DNA from: Nitrososphaerota archaeon
Lineage (GTDB): Archaea; Thermoproteota; Nitrososphaeria; Nitrososphaerales; UBA57
DNA length: 32,000 bases
Assembly (NCBI GenBank): GCA_002713205.1
Contig: PAVW01000020.1
Coordinates: 9,349 to 41,348, forward strand
Direction of reading: 5' to 3'
The position numbers were made by a program, and so were the translations under genes. A model generated the notes under the pieces. The model had not been told where the DNA came from. It ran no database searches and saw only the letters and a program-made list of their open reading frames with translations. This document shows positions 9,317 through 18,509 of the stretch, piece after piece (position 1 is the stretch's first letter; each line of letters opens with the position of its first letter).

Positions 9317-9922
9317 ATGGAAAATAATCAGAAAAATAGCAATATTCTTGATGACGTTGCAAAAGAAACTGAAACTGAAATTATGTCTATTATCAACGAA
9401 GGATTTGAACAAGCCAGAAAAATAATTGAAGACTCTGAAAATCGGACAAAAATTGATATAAATGATATTAGTACTTTCCAAGAAAAAGAATCCGAAATTC
9501 TCTCACGTCAAATATTAGGTACTGCTGAAATTGAAAAACGAAATACTGTTCTAAAAATTATTGAAAAAAATATTAATAAAGTCTTTATTACAGCGCTTAA
9601 AGAACTAAATAAAAATAAAGATAAAAATTATCAAAAATCTCTAAATAGTTTTCTTACCGAAGGTGTTGTTTTATTGGATGATTCAATATTATATGTTTCT
9701 TGCAATAAAAAAGATAGACAATTAATTAAAAAAATTATTCCAACTCTCTCCAAACAATATGATAAGGAAATTAAACTTAATGATGAATCCATCGATACTT
9801 GTGGTGGCGTTATTATTCGTAATGCTGATAGTTCAGTTAGTATTAATAATACTATTGAAGAACGATTAGAAAGAATGAAACCAGAACTTCGTACTGAAAT
9901 TGTTAAAAAATTTACTAAATAA
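9317..9922 (+). CDS. atpE: A-type ATP synthase subunit E (peripheral stalk)
   Basis: 201 aa. Charged helical N-terminal half. The C-terminal globular part (...SIDTCGGVIIRNADSSVSINNTIEERLERMKPELRTEIVKKF) is colinear with archaeal AtpE C-termini (...GGxIxxxxDGxxxxDNTxExxxxR...). Confidence 0.75.
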   Translation: MENNQKNSNILDDVAKETETEIMSIINEGFEQARKIIEDSENRTKIDINDISTFQEKESEILSRQILGTAEIEKRNTVLKIIEKNINKVFITALKELNKNKDKNYQKSLNSFLTEGVVLLDDSILYVSCNKKDRQLIKKIIPTLSKQYDKEIKLNDESIDTCGGVIIRNADSSVSINNTIEERLERMKPELRTEIVKKFTK

Positions 9923-9938
9923 TATTTTTTTACTTTAA

Positions 9939-11132
9939 ATGATTTTTTTGAATAATCAAAAAACTCTAATTATACTTTATTCAGTTGTTTTTTGCGTTGC
10001 AACTGGTTTGTCTATAATTACTCCTGCACTTTCATTATATGCAAGAGAGTTCGCCGCAACTAATTTTATGATAGGTGGTTTAATAGCTGGATTTGGGATT
10101 GCTCGTGTTTTTGTTAATCTCCCTGCAGGGATGTTTGCAGATAAATATGATCAAAAACAATTAATGCAATTTGGATTATCGATTATAATTATTTCATCAT
10201 TAGTTGCTGCATTTTCTCCCTCTTATTCAATATTATTGCTTTGTAGAATTGTTGAAGGTGTTGGTTCTGCTTTTTATATGGTTTCCGCATCTACTCTTTT
10301 GAATTCAATTGTTCCTATCTCAAAACGCGGTCGTGCATTGAGTTATTATACTGCTTCCATTCTTTTTGGCGTAATTATAGGACCAATTTTAGGTGGCATT
10401 ATTGTACCACTTTATGGTAAAAGTTCTCCGTTTATTTTCTATTCTTTAATGACACTTGCTGGTCTTCTTATAACTCGTTATTTTATTACTAATACTGTTA
10501 AAATTTCCACTAATAGATCCCCATTTAGTTTGAATCATCTTAAAAATCGTTCACTTCTACTCGTTTCACTTTCTACTTTTGCTTTTGCATTTAGTTGGAC
10601 TGGTTTAGAATTAACTGTTATACCTATTTTTGCATATGATAAGTTACAACTTTCTCCACTATTACTTGGTCTAACTATAAGCATTGCAGCTGTTTCTAAT
10701 TTGGCAAGTACTTTGTTTGCTGGTCATTTAACTGATAGATTTGGTAGAAAAAAACCAATTATATTAAGTCTATTTTGTACAGCTATTGTCGCTTATTGCT
10801 TGTCATTGTCTTATTCTTTTTACAGCTTGTTGTTCTTTATGTCACTTTTTGGATTATCTAGCGGTTTATGGGGGCAAACACAAGCTTGGGCAGCTGATTT
10901 ATCTGACAAAAAACATTTAGGCAGTTTTCTTGGTTTTAATCGCACAATGGGTGATTTGGGCTTTGTCATTGGTCCAATTTTACTGGGTTATCTTTCCTCA
11001 AGTTATTCTGTTAATAATATAAGTTTATTACCCTTTTACTTTGATTCACTTGTTTTGATTATTATTGCAATAGCTATAGTATTTGCCAAGGATCCCGCGG
11101 CTAATTTAAATACTAAATCTAAAAAAAACTAA
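9939..11132 (+). CDS. Major facilitator superfamily transporter
   Basis: 397 aa, about 12 predicted TM helices. MFS loop motifs GMFADKYDQKQ and GHLTDRFGRKKP. Substrate unknown. Confidence 0.8.
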   Translation: MIFLNNQKTLIILYSVVFCVATGLSIITPALSLYAREFAATNFMIGGLIAGFGIARVFVNLPAGMFADKYDQKQLMQFGLSIIIISSLVAAFSPSYSILLLCRIVEGVGSAFYMVSASTLLNSIVPISKRGRALSYYTASILFGVIIGPILGGIIVPLYGKSSPFIFYSLMTLAGLLITRYFITNTVKISTNRSPFSLNHLKNRSLLLVSLSTFAFAFSWTGLELTVIPIFAYDKLQLSPLLLGLTISIAAVSNLASTLFAGHLTDRFGRKKPIILSLFCTAIVAYCLSLSYSFYSLLFFMSLFGLSSGLWGQTQAWAADLSDKKHLGSFLGFNRTMGDLGFVIGPILLGYLSSSYSVNNISLLPFYFDSLVLIIIAIAIVFAKDPAANLNTKSKKN

Positions 11133-11707
11133 ATCCAAGTTTTAATTTGTATTGTTTTTTTAATTATGTTAGATATGATGTATGATATTGGAACTGTATA
11201 TGCTATTAATGTTACATTAAACAATGCAATTAGTCCTAAAGTAATAAACAAAGCTGATTCTGGAATTGCAAACCCTATTGGTGGATTCATAGGCAGTGCT
11301 ATGAAATTAATTATAGTCATTATTGATGTTCTGATTATTATAGCAGAACTTGTTAATATGACTACATTCTTTCTGATTCGGAAATATTGTAATTTATGTA
11401 TTAATATTATTCCTATGAGAGAACTATAAATAGCAAATAAATTATAAATTGGCCCTGTAATTAATTGCCCTGGAAAGAAAATTAAAAGAGAAATGAAATT
11501 AATGAATGATGCTAAAAACGCGGAAATAGGTCCGAATAGAAATAATGCTATAAACAAAGGTATTTCCCATATTTGATAAATAAGAAAGGGCGCATAAGGC
11601 GCTGGTATTCCTAATGGCAAAAAAGGCGGATGTAAAACTAATGATAATGTTGCAAAGAGTATTGACGCTGAAAAAATTTTCGTGGATACAATTGATTTTG
11701 ATTGCAA
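11129..11707 (-). CDS. Polytopic integral membrane protein, function unknown (weak resemblance to ECF-type S components)
   Basis: 192 aa, 5-6 hydrophobic helices, Pro/Phe-rich. Convergent with the MFS gene, with a 4-nt overlap. No diagnostic motif. Confidence 0.5.
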   Translation of the reverse strand: MQSKSIVSTKIFSASILFATLSLVLHPPFLPLGIPAPYAPFLIYQIWEIPLFIALFLFGPISAFLASFINFISLLIFFPGQLITGPIYNLFAIYSSLIGIILIHKLQYFRIRKNVVILTSSAIIIRTSIMTIINFIALPMNPPIGFAIPESALFITLGLIALFNVTLIAYTVPISYIISNIIKKTIQIKTWI

Positions 11708-11767
11708 TTATCGAATAATAAAATTAAACATAAATAAATTTATTGTAACTACAAAAATATTGGTAAC

Positions 11768-12337
11768 TTAATCTACAACTATTATAGTTCCTGTCATAAA
11801 TGGATGAGGATTGCATTTGTAATTGAATTCTCCAACTTGTTCAAATTTATGTGAAAAACCTGCATCGAATCCCATTTCAATGGACTTGAATAATCCGTCT
11901 TCTGATGTGACGTCATGCCAACCGACACCTCCTCCACCACCATCTAACTGGGTATCTTGATTCCTCCAAGTAATTGTAGATCCTTTTTTAATTTTAATTA
12001 CTGCAGGTTTAAATTTGTAATTATCCATAATTATCTCAATATTCCCTTCTAAAACTGTTAGCTCACATTTATCACCAATTAAAACTTGTCCAAATGGACA
12101 TTTTTGTTCTGGTTCAGCAACTGGTTCTGGTTCAGCAACTGGTTCTGGTTCAGCAACTGGTTCTGGTTCAGCAACTGCCTCCTCTTGATTTTTAGATTTT
12201 TCTCCAGATTCGGCCATTTCATCTAAAACATTAATAGAATTATTAGAAGTATCCGGAAAACTATTCGAATAAATGAATATGCCTCCTAATATAATTAGCA
12301 ATGCAATTACAATTGGAACTACAGGTAGTTTATTCAT
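11768..12337 (-). CDS. Membrane-anchored type-1 (blue) copper protein, plastocyanin/cupredoxin family
   Basis: 189 aa. N-terminal TM anchor and an acidic (AEPEPV)x4 linker. Cupredoxin domain with candidate Cu ligands His in GWHDV and C-x2-H-x2-M in YKCNPHPFMTGTIIVVD. Confidence 0.8.
   Translation of the reverse strand: MNKLPVVPIVIALLIILGGIFIYSNSFPDTSNNSINVLDEMAESGEKSKNQEEAVAEPEPVAEPEPVAEPEPVAEPEQKCPFGQVLIGDKCELTVLEGNIEIIMDNYKFKPAVIKIKKGSTITWRNQDTQLDGGGGGVGWHDVTSEDGLFKSIEMGFDAGFSHKFEQVGEFNYKCNPHPFMTGTIIVVD
12107..12178. repeat. 4 x 18-bp in-frame tandem repeat (ttctggttcagcaactgg) encoding the (AEPEPV)n linker of the cupredoxin
   Basis: Three perfect units and a fourth differing at its last base, read directly at 12107-12178. 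Confidence 0.9.
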
Positions 12338-12471
12338 TTAATATTATTTGAAAAATCAATCATTTAAGAATTTTGTATTTACTTCACAATAATTTATCAA
12401 TAGAATGGATTTTTTATTAAAATAATCGAATTGTTTTTAAACCCTAATTGTCAAATGATAAATGATAATTT

Positions 12472-14262
12472 TTGGTCGCAAAAGGTAAGATAATATGGAT
12501 TAGTGGTCCAGCAGTAAAAGCAGATGGTATGTCTACTGCTCAAATGTATGAAACTGTAGAAGTTGGCGAAGATAAGATTGTTGGTGAAATCATTCGACTC
12601 ACTGGTGATACTGCATTTATTCAAGTTTATGAATCTACAAGTGGACTTACCCCTGGCCAACCAGTTGTTGGAACTGGTTCTCCTCTCTCTGTGACTTTGG
12701 GACCGGGAATGATGGGAACTATTTATGATGGTTTACAACGACCTCTTGATAAAATTGCTGCTAAGGCAGGTGATTTTATTACTCGAGGCATTCATGTTCC
12801 TCCAATTCCTAAAAAGAAATGGAATTTCTTACCATCTGTAAAAAAAGGCGATATTGTTAAAGCTGGTAGTATATTAGGCACTGTTAAAGAAACTGATTTA
12901 ATAGATCATAAAATTCTAGTTCCTCCTACTCATTCAGGTGGAAAAATTTCTGAAATTGTTAAAGAAGGTAAGTATGATAAAGATTATGTTATTGCTGTAG
13001 TGGACAATAAAAATGATAAATATGAATTATTTATGCACCATAATTGGCCTGTAAGACAACCACGACCATTTTCACAAAGATATGATCCTGAACTTCCTCT
13101 TATAACTGGACAACGTGTTCTTGATACATTTTTCCCTATCGCTAAAGGTGGAACTGCTGCAATACCAGGTGGTTTCGGTACCGGTAAAACAGTAACTTTA
13201 CATCAAGTTGCTTCTTGGTCCGATGCCAGTGTTGTTTTCCATATTGGTTGTGGAGAACGTGGCAATGAAATGACTGAAGTTTTGATTAAATTCCCTGAAT
13301 TAAAAGATCCTCGTACTGGAAAATCATTAATGGAACGTACAATATTAGTAGCAAACACAAGTAATATGCCTGTAGCGGCACGAGAAGCAAGTATCTATAC
13401 TGGTATAACTATGGCTGAATATTATAGGGATATGGGTTATGACACTGTACTTGTTGCTGATTCTACAAGTCGATGGGCTGAGGCACTGCGTGAATTAAGT
13501 GGCAGATTAGAAGAAATGCCTGCAGAAGAAGGCTATCCGTCATATCTTGCATCACGATTAGCCGAATTTTATGAACGCGCTGGTCGAGTAAAGTGTTTAG
13601 GTTCTCCTGATCGAGATGGATCTGTAACTGTAATTGGTGCTGTTTCTCCACCGGGTGGTGATTTTACTGAACCTGTTTCTACTCATACTATGAGATGTAT
13701 CAAAACTTTTTGGGCTCTTGACACAAAACTAGCTTATTCTAGACATTATCCGTCAATAAATTGGATGACTAGTTATTCTGGTTATGCAGAATCAATTGAT
13801 AATTGGTGGGTATCTAATGTTGATAAAGACAGACCAAAACTTAGACTTGAAACATATACTATATTACAGCGTGAAGACGTGTTAAAAGAAATTGTTAGAT
13901 TATTGGGACCCGAGGCGTTACCTGATGAGGAAAAACTAATACTTGATGTTGCTCGTATGATAAAAGAAGGATTCTTACAACAGATGGCTTTTGATAAGGT
14001 TGATAGATATTGCAGTCCCGAAAAGCAGGTGAAAATGATGAAAATCTATGTTAATTTCTATAAAGAATGTCAAAAAGCATTAAGTAATGGTGTTTCTTTG
14101 GAAAGCATTCGTTCTCTTCCAGTTATTTCTCAAATAATTAGATCTAAATACGAAATTTCTGATAACGAACTTGAAAAAATGGATGAATTGTATAAAATTA
14201 CAATGAAATCAATAACTGAATTATCTGGTAAGGAGGTCCCAGTAGTTGCCGACTCAAAATAG
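12472..14262 (+). CDS. atpA: A-type ATP synthase catalytic subunit A
   Basis: 596 aa, TTG start (first start after an in-frame TAA). Walker [60 protein letters not shown]. Includes the non-homologous insert typical of A/V-type A subunits. Confidence 0.95.
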   Translation: MVAKGKIIWISGPAVKADGMSTAQMYETVEVGEDKIVGEIIRLTGDTAFIQVYESTSGLTPGQPVVGTGSPLSVTLGPGMMGTIYDGLQRPLDKIAAKAGDFITRGIHVPPIPKKKWNFLPSVKKGDIVKAGSILGTVKETDLIDHKILVPPTHSGGKISEIVKEGKYDKDYVIAVVDNKNDKYELFMHHNWPVRQPRPFSQRYDPELPLITGQRVLDTFFPIAKGGTAAIPGGFGTGKTVTLHQVASWSDASVVFHIGCGERGNEMTEVLIKFPELKDPRTGKSLMERTILVANTSNMPVAAREASIYTGITMAEYYRDMGYDTVLVADSTSRWAEALRELSGRLEEMPAEEGYPSYLASRLAEFYERAGRVKCLGSPDRDGSVTVIGAVSPPGGDFTEPVSTHTMRCIKTFWALDTKLAYSRHYPSINWMTSYSGYAESIDNWWVSNVDKDRPKLRLETYTILQREDVLKEIVRLLGPEALPDEEKLILDVARMIKEGFLQQMAFDKVDRYCSPEKQVKMMKIYVNFYKECQKALSNGVSLESIRSLPVISQIIRSKYEISDNELEKMDELYKITMKSITELSGKEVPVVADSK

Positions 14263-15643
14263 ATCCACTGGTTTAGAATATAGTAAAATCTCAGAAATTA
14301 AAGGCCCATTGCTGATTATTGATGGAGTTACGGGTGCTGCATTTGATGAATTGGTTGAAATAGAAACTCCTTCACATGAAAAACGATTAGGTCGTGTATT
14401 GGAAATAGGAGGAGGCCGTGCTGTTGTTCAAGTTTTTGAAGGTACTACTGGACTTTCTGTTTCAGAAACAAAAACTAGATTCTTAGGAAAAACTATGAAA
14501 ATTCCTGTATCGGATCAATTACTGGGGCGTGTTTTTGATGGATTAGGAAGACCAATTGATAATCTTCCAGATCCTGTAGGCGATAGATTTGATGACATTA
14601 ATGGCGAGTCTATAAATCCTGAAAGACGGGATTTTCCAGAAGATTTTATTCAAACAGGTGTCTCATCAATTGATGGTCTTAATACTTTAGTTCGTGGTCA
14701 AAAATTACCTATATTCTCAGGAGCCGGACTTCCACATAACCTACTTGCTGCTCAAATCGCACGTCAGGCTACAGTTCCTGGCAAAGGTGAAGAATTTGCT
14801 GTAGTTTTTGCTGCAATTGGTGTTCAAAATAGCGAAGCAAGTTTCTTTCGAAAATCATTAGAAGAAAGCGGCGCAATAAAACGGAGTATTCTTTATATTA
14901 ATTTGGCTGATGATCCTGCTATTGAAAGAATTATTACTCCTCGTGTTGCACTTACTGCAGCTGAATATTTGGCATTTGAAAAAGACACTCATGTCTTAGT
15001 TATAATTAGTGACATGACAAATTATGCTGAAGCATTACGTGAAATTAGTGCTGCACGAGAAGAAGTACCTGGCCGTAAAGGATATCCTGGGTATCTCTAC
15101 ACTGATCTTGCAACAATTTATGAACGAGCTGGAAAAATTAAAGGACGAAACGGAAGCTTGACACAGATTCCAATTTTATCTATGCCATCTGATGATATAA
15201 CTCATCCAATTCCTGATCTTACCGGTTATATTACTGAAGGTCAAATTGTTTTAGGACGGGATTTACATCGCAAAGAAATTTATCCGCCTATCAGTATTCT
15301 TTCATGCTTAAGTCGATTAATGAAAGAAGGTGTTGGCGAAGGTAAAACTCGTCAGGATCATCAAAATGTAAGTAGTCAACTATATAGTGCTTATTCTAGG
15401 TCACTTGAGTTGCGTGCATTAGCCGAAATTGTAGGCAAAGCTGGTCTTGCCCCTGTTGATATTAAATATTTAGAATTTGGCGATTTATTTGAGGATAAAT
15501 TCCTTAAACAAGGTTTTGATGAAAATAGAACACTAGAAGATACGCTTGGAATAGCATGGGAATTGTTTAGTACTTTACCAGTTGATGAATTAACCAAAGT
15601 AAAACAAGATGAAATTAGTTTATATTTGAAGGCCAAAGCATAA
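14246..15643 (+). CDS. atpB: A-type ATP synthase subunit B
   Basis: 465 aa. TTG start preceded by aggagg at 14231-14236, overlapping atpA by 17 nt. Motifs [68 protein letters not shown]. Confidence 0.95.
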   Translation: MPTQNRSTGLEYSKISEIKGPLLIIDGVTGAAFDELVEIETPSHEKRLGRVLEIGGGRAVVQVFEGTTGLSVSETKTRFLGKTMKIPVSDQLLGRVFDGLGRPIDNLPDPVGDRFDDINGESINPERRDFPEDFIQTGVSSIDGLNTLVRGQKLPIFSGAGLPHNLLAAQIARQATVPGKGEEFAVVFAAIGVQNSEASFFRKSLEESGAIKRSILYINLADDPAIERIITPRVALTAAEYLAFEKDTHVLVIISDMTNYAEALREISAAREEVPGRKGYPGYLYTDLATIYERAGKIKGRNGSLTQIPILSMPSDDITHPIPDLTGYITEGQIVLGRDLHRKEIYPPISILSCLSRLMKEGVGEGKTRQDHQNVSSQLYSAYSRSLELRALAEIVGKAGLAPVDIKYLEFGDLFEDKFLKQGFDENRTLEDTLGIAWELFSTLPVDELTKVKQDEISLYLKAKA

Positions 15644-16272
15644 TGTCAAGTTCTAATAAACGACCTCCTCCAACAAAACTTGAATTGATTAAACTAAAAC
15701 GAAGTTTAGTCGTTGCAAAATCTGTTTATAAAATTCTTGAGGACAAACGCGATGTTTTGCTTAAACGAATTGAGGAAATGATAGATGAAGCAGGTCAAGC
15801 TAGAACTGATATGTCAGAGCCTTTATCTGATGCTTATAGATCTTTGTTTAACGCTTACTTGACTTTAGGCTCTAATAAACTCGAATCTATTGCCCATACT
15901 ACGCCTTCTCATCTTGATATTGATGTAAATGTTAAAGTTATTGTCGATGTTCGAATACCGAGTTTCACAATTAATGAAAAAAAACTTGGCTTGAACTATG
16001 GTTTTGCAGATTCAAATTCAAACTTAGACCAAGCCACCAAAATGATGCGTTTAGTTTTACCTCGAATTCTTAAGGCTGCAGAATATGAAAATACTATACT
16101 AGGTCTTGCTAGAGGATTAGAAAAAACACAACGACTCATTAATGCCCTCGAATATGTTATCATGCCAGATTATCAAGAATCAATCAAGTTTATATCTTCT
16201 ATTTTGGAAGAACGAGAACGTGAAGATTTTGCACGTCTCAAACATGTAAAAAAGGTAATTCAGAGTAGGTAA
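15643..16272 (+). CDS. atpD: A-type ATP synthase subunit D (central stalk)
   Basis: 209 aa. TAATG stop/start overlap with atpB. N-terminal PTKLELIKLKRSLVVAKSVYKILEDKRDVLL matches the subunit D signature (PTKxxLxxLKxxLxxAxxGxxLLKxKRDxL). Confidence 0.9.
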   Translation: MSSSNKRPPPTKLELIKLKRSLVVAKSVYKILEDKRDVLLKRIEEMIDEAGQARTDMSEPLSDAYRSLFNAYLTLGSNKLESIAHTTPSHLDIDVNVKVIVDVRIPSFTINEKKLGLNYGFADSNSNLDQATKMMRLVLPRILKAAEYENTILGLARGLEKTQRLINALEYVIMPDYQESIKFISSILEEREREDFARLKHVKKVIQSR

Positions 16273-16284
16273 ACGGTGTAAAAA

Positions 16285-16413
16285 TTGAAGCGGAATAAAA
16301 AATATGAAGATTTACTTGATTTAATACAAAAGCAATTTAATTCTGATGTTGATGAATTAAAAAAATCTATCATTTTGGTACGAGATAAGGCTTATAAAGC
16401 ATTGAAAAAATAA
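16285..16413 (+). CDS. Possible 42-aa small ORF between atpD and atpK (charged helical peptide)
   Basis: Too short for the ORF track. TTG at 16285 to TAA at 16411-16413 reads (M)KRNKKYEDLLDLIQKQFNSDVDELKKSIILVRDKAYKALKK. Co-oriented with and sandwiched between ATPase genes. No homology evidence is available. Confidence 0.25.
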   Translation: MKRNKKYEDLLDLIQKQFNSDVDELKKSIILVRDKAYKALKK

Positions 16414-16434
16414 TAACCAAATAATAGGACATTG

Positions 16435-16746
16435 ATGAAAATGAGCTCTATAACATCTATAACAATAATTGCATTAATCTCAATAGCATTTCTAAGTTTT
16501 CTTCCTTTTGCTTTAGCTCAAGAAGAACAATCTACTGGCGGAGATATGAAATATATTGGTGCAGCAATAGCTTTTGCTGGTGCTGCCATCGGTGCTGGAA
16601 TTGGAATTGGTCAAGCAGGTTCTGCTGGTTTAGCTGCTGCCGCTGAAAACGAAAGTATGAAAACACAAGGTCTTATTATCACTGCATTAGCAGAAGCTGT
16701 TGCTATCTATGGTATAGTTGTAGCTTTGTTAATATTAGGCAGTTAG
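16435..16746 (+). CDS. atpK: A-type ATP synthase proteolipid subunit K (c subunit)
   Basis: Gly/Ala-rich helical hairpin AAIAFAGAAIGAGIGIGQAGSAGLAAAAEN...LIITALAEAVAIYGIVVALLILG, with the conserved ion-binding Glu in LAEAVAIYG. ATG at 16435 is preferred over the track's TTG at 16432. About 35 aa of N-terminal signal-like extension (ITIIALISIAFLSFLPFALAQEE). Confidence 0.9.
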   Translation: MKMSSITSITIIALISIAFLSFLPFALAQEEQSTGGDMKYIGAAIAFAGAAIGAGIGIGQAGSAGLAAAAENESMKTQGLIITALAEAVAIYGIVVALLILGS

Positions 16747-16979
16747 GACTTATTAATTACACTGACTCTTTCTAGTATTCTTGATATTAGTATAATGGAG
16801 ATTATCAAACCTAGCATTGATAACACTAAAGGAATTATAATAGGTTCGAAAAAATTTATTCGGTCAGAAATTCTTAAACCAATACCTAGTCCTCCTATAA
16901 CAAATGAAGATATTAAAACCGGAAGTAGAACTAATATGATTTTCTTGTCTATCTGGTATTTCTTCGTTCTAGTTGCCAA
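16743..16979 (-). CDS. Small two-TM membrane protein, hypothetical
   Basis: 78-aa ORF starting 4 nt downstream of the pyrI stop on the same strand, so possibly co-transcribed. Two clear hydrophobic helices. Its 3' end overlaps the atpK stop by 4 nt (convergent). Confidence 0.4.
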   Translation of the reverse strand: MATRTKKYQIDKKIILVLLPVLISSFVIGGLGIGLRISDRINFFEPIIIPLVLSMLGLIISIILISRILERVSVINKS

Positions 16980-16983
16980 TTTT

Positions 16984-17463
16984 TCATCTGCTTAACAAAA
17001 TTTCTTCTGGGAGTAATATTCTTGAGCAATATTTACATCTTAATTTTGGCGGATCTTTTTTTAAAACTAAAAGTTCTGATATTATTGGTTCACTAGCATT
17101 AGATATGCAAGTTGGATTTGTACATTTGAAAACATCTACAAAGCTTTTCGGCAGCTTGACATTTCTTTTTTCTGTTATCTTATAATTTTGAATGATATTG
17201 ATTGTTGTATTAGGCGAAATCAAAGCCAAACGATTTGTTTCATCAACTACTAGAATTCTATTTTCAACTTTTACTATATCTTTTTTATTTAATCTTTTAC
17301 TTGGGACGTTCATTGCTACAGAAACTTGATTTCCATCTGTACCTTTTATATCGAGTGCAGCCAAGACATTGAAAGCATGTCCTGATTCAATATGATCTAA
17401 TACGGTTCCTTGACGTATTCGATTAATTATTAATTCCTTTTCTGACATTGCTATAATAGACAA
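16984..17463 (-). CDS. pyrI: Aspartate carbamoyltransferase regulatory subunit
   Basis: 159 aa. N-terminal allosteric domain (INRIRQGTVLDHI). C-terminal Zn domain with four Cys (FKCTNPTCISN...LRCKYCSR). Confidence 0.9.
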   Translation of the reverse strand: MSIIAMSEKELIINRIRQGTVLDHIESGHAFNVLAALDIKGTDGNQVSVAMNVPSKRLNKKDIVKVENRILVVDETNRLALISPNTTINIIQNYKITEKRNVKLPKSFVDVFKCTNPTCISNASEPIISELLVLKKDPPKLRCKYCSRILLPEEILLSR

Positions 17464-17539
17464 ATGGAGATTGGAAATTAAGTTTAACTATCGATTAAAT
17501 AACTATAGCTAACTATTTAGTTACAAACTGCTAAACATC

Positions 17540-17548
17540 TTTATATAA
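17540..17548 (+). promoter_or_regulatory. Putative TATA box of pyrB
   Basis: tttatataa is centred about 28 nt upstream of the pyrB ATG (17573), consistent with a leaderless or very short-leader transcript. It lies in the 109-bp pyrI/pyrB divergent intergenic region. Confidence 0.35.
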
Positions 17549-17572
17549 TCCTTTTTGTAGATTATTAGAAGG

Positions 17573-18499
17573 ATGACCAACCCATTTTATAACAAAAATG
17601 TGGTTTCCATAAGAGATTTTACACGTAATGATCTCGAATACCTCTTTCATGTTGCAGATAATATTAATTCAAATTCTTTATGCGAAGCACTTCGAAATAA
17701 AATTTTAGGATTAGTGTTTTTTGAACCAAGTACTCGAACTCGTTTAAGTTTCGAGTCAGCAATGAATTCTCTTGGTGGAACATGTATTGGTTTTTCAGAA
17801 TCCTCGTCTTCTTCTACTGAAAAAGGAGAAAATTTGAATGACACTCTAGTTACTATGAATCAATATGTTGATGCTTTAGTTTTACGACATCAAAAAGACG
17901 GTGTTGCTCGTTTTGCTTCTGAAATTTGCACCAAACCAGTAATAAATGCAGGTAGTGGTACTGAAGAACATCCAACTCAGGCAATGCTGGATTTGTATAC
18001 CATTTTTAAAGAACTCGGTACTATTGACAATCTTAATATTGGGATTTTTGGAGATCTAAAATATGGCAGAACAGTATATTCTTTATTATATGGATTATCA
18101 AATTATAATCCTACTGTATATTTAATTTCTCCTGACCTGTTACAACTTCGTAGTGATGCACTATCTGATATTAGAGAGAAGTTGTCTATTGAACAACATA
18201 GTAACCTATCTGATGTAATCTCTAAATTAGATGTTATATACACTACTCGAATACAAAAAGAACGTTTTCCTGATATTCAGGAATATGAAAGAGTAAAAGG
18301 TTCGTATAGAATTGATGAATCACTATTAAAAAATACCAAAGATAATCTTATAATTCTTCATCCAATGCCACGTTCTGAAGAAATCCCGCCAAGTCTTGAT
18401 ACTACTAAATACGCAAAATATTTTAAACAAATACGGTATGGAAAACTAATACGTTCAGCTTTATTATATCTGATTTTTACAGAACATCCAGAATATTGA
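17573..18499 (+). CDS. pyrB: Aspartate carbamoyltransferase catalytic subunit
   Basis: 308 aa. Carbamoyl-phosphate motif FFEPSTRTRLSFE. HPTQAMLDL, GDLKYGRTVYS, ILHPMPR. Confidence 0.95.
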   Translation: MTNPFYNKNVVSIRDFTRNDLEYLFHVADNINSNSLCEALRNKILGLVFFEPSTRTRLSFESAMNSLGGTCIGFSESSSSSTEKGENLNDTLVTMNQYVDALVLRHQKDGVARFASEICTKPVINAGSGTEEHPTQAMLDLYTIFKELGTIDNLNIGIFGDLKYGRTVYSLLYGLSNYNPTVYLISPDLLQLRSDALSDIREKLSIEQHSNLSDVISKLDVIYTTRIQKERFPDIQEYERVKGSYRIDESLLKNTKDNLIILHPMPRSEEIPPSLDTTKYAKYFKQIRYGKLIRSALLYLIFTEHPEY

Positions 18500-18509
18500 T
18501 TGAATCTAA

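Noticed and set aside
12107-12178. Tandem repeats here and at 31883..32000 as possible CRISPR or minisatellite arrays
   Set aside because: The units are contiguous with no spacers, are in frame, and lie inside ORFs. They are coding-sequence repeats, and no cas genes are present.
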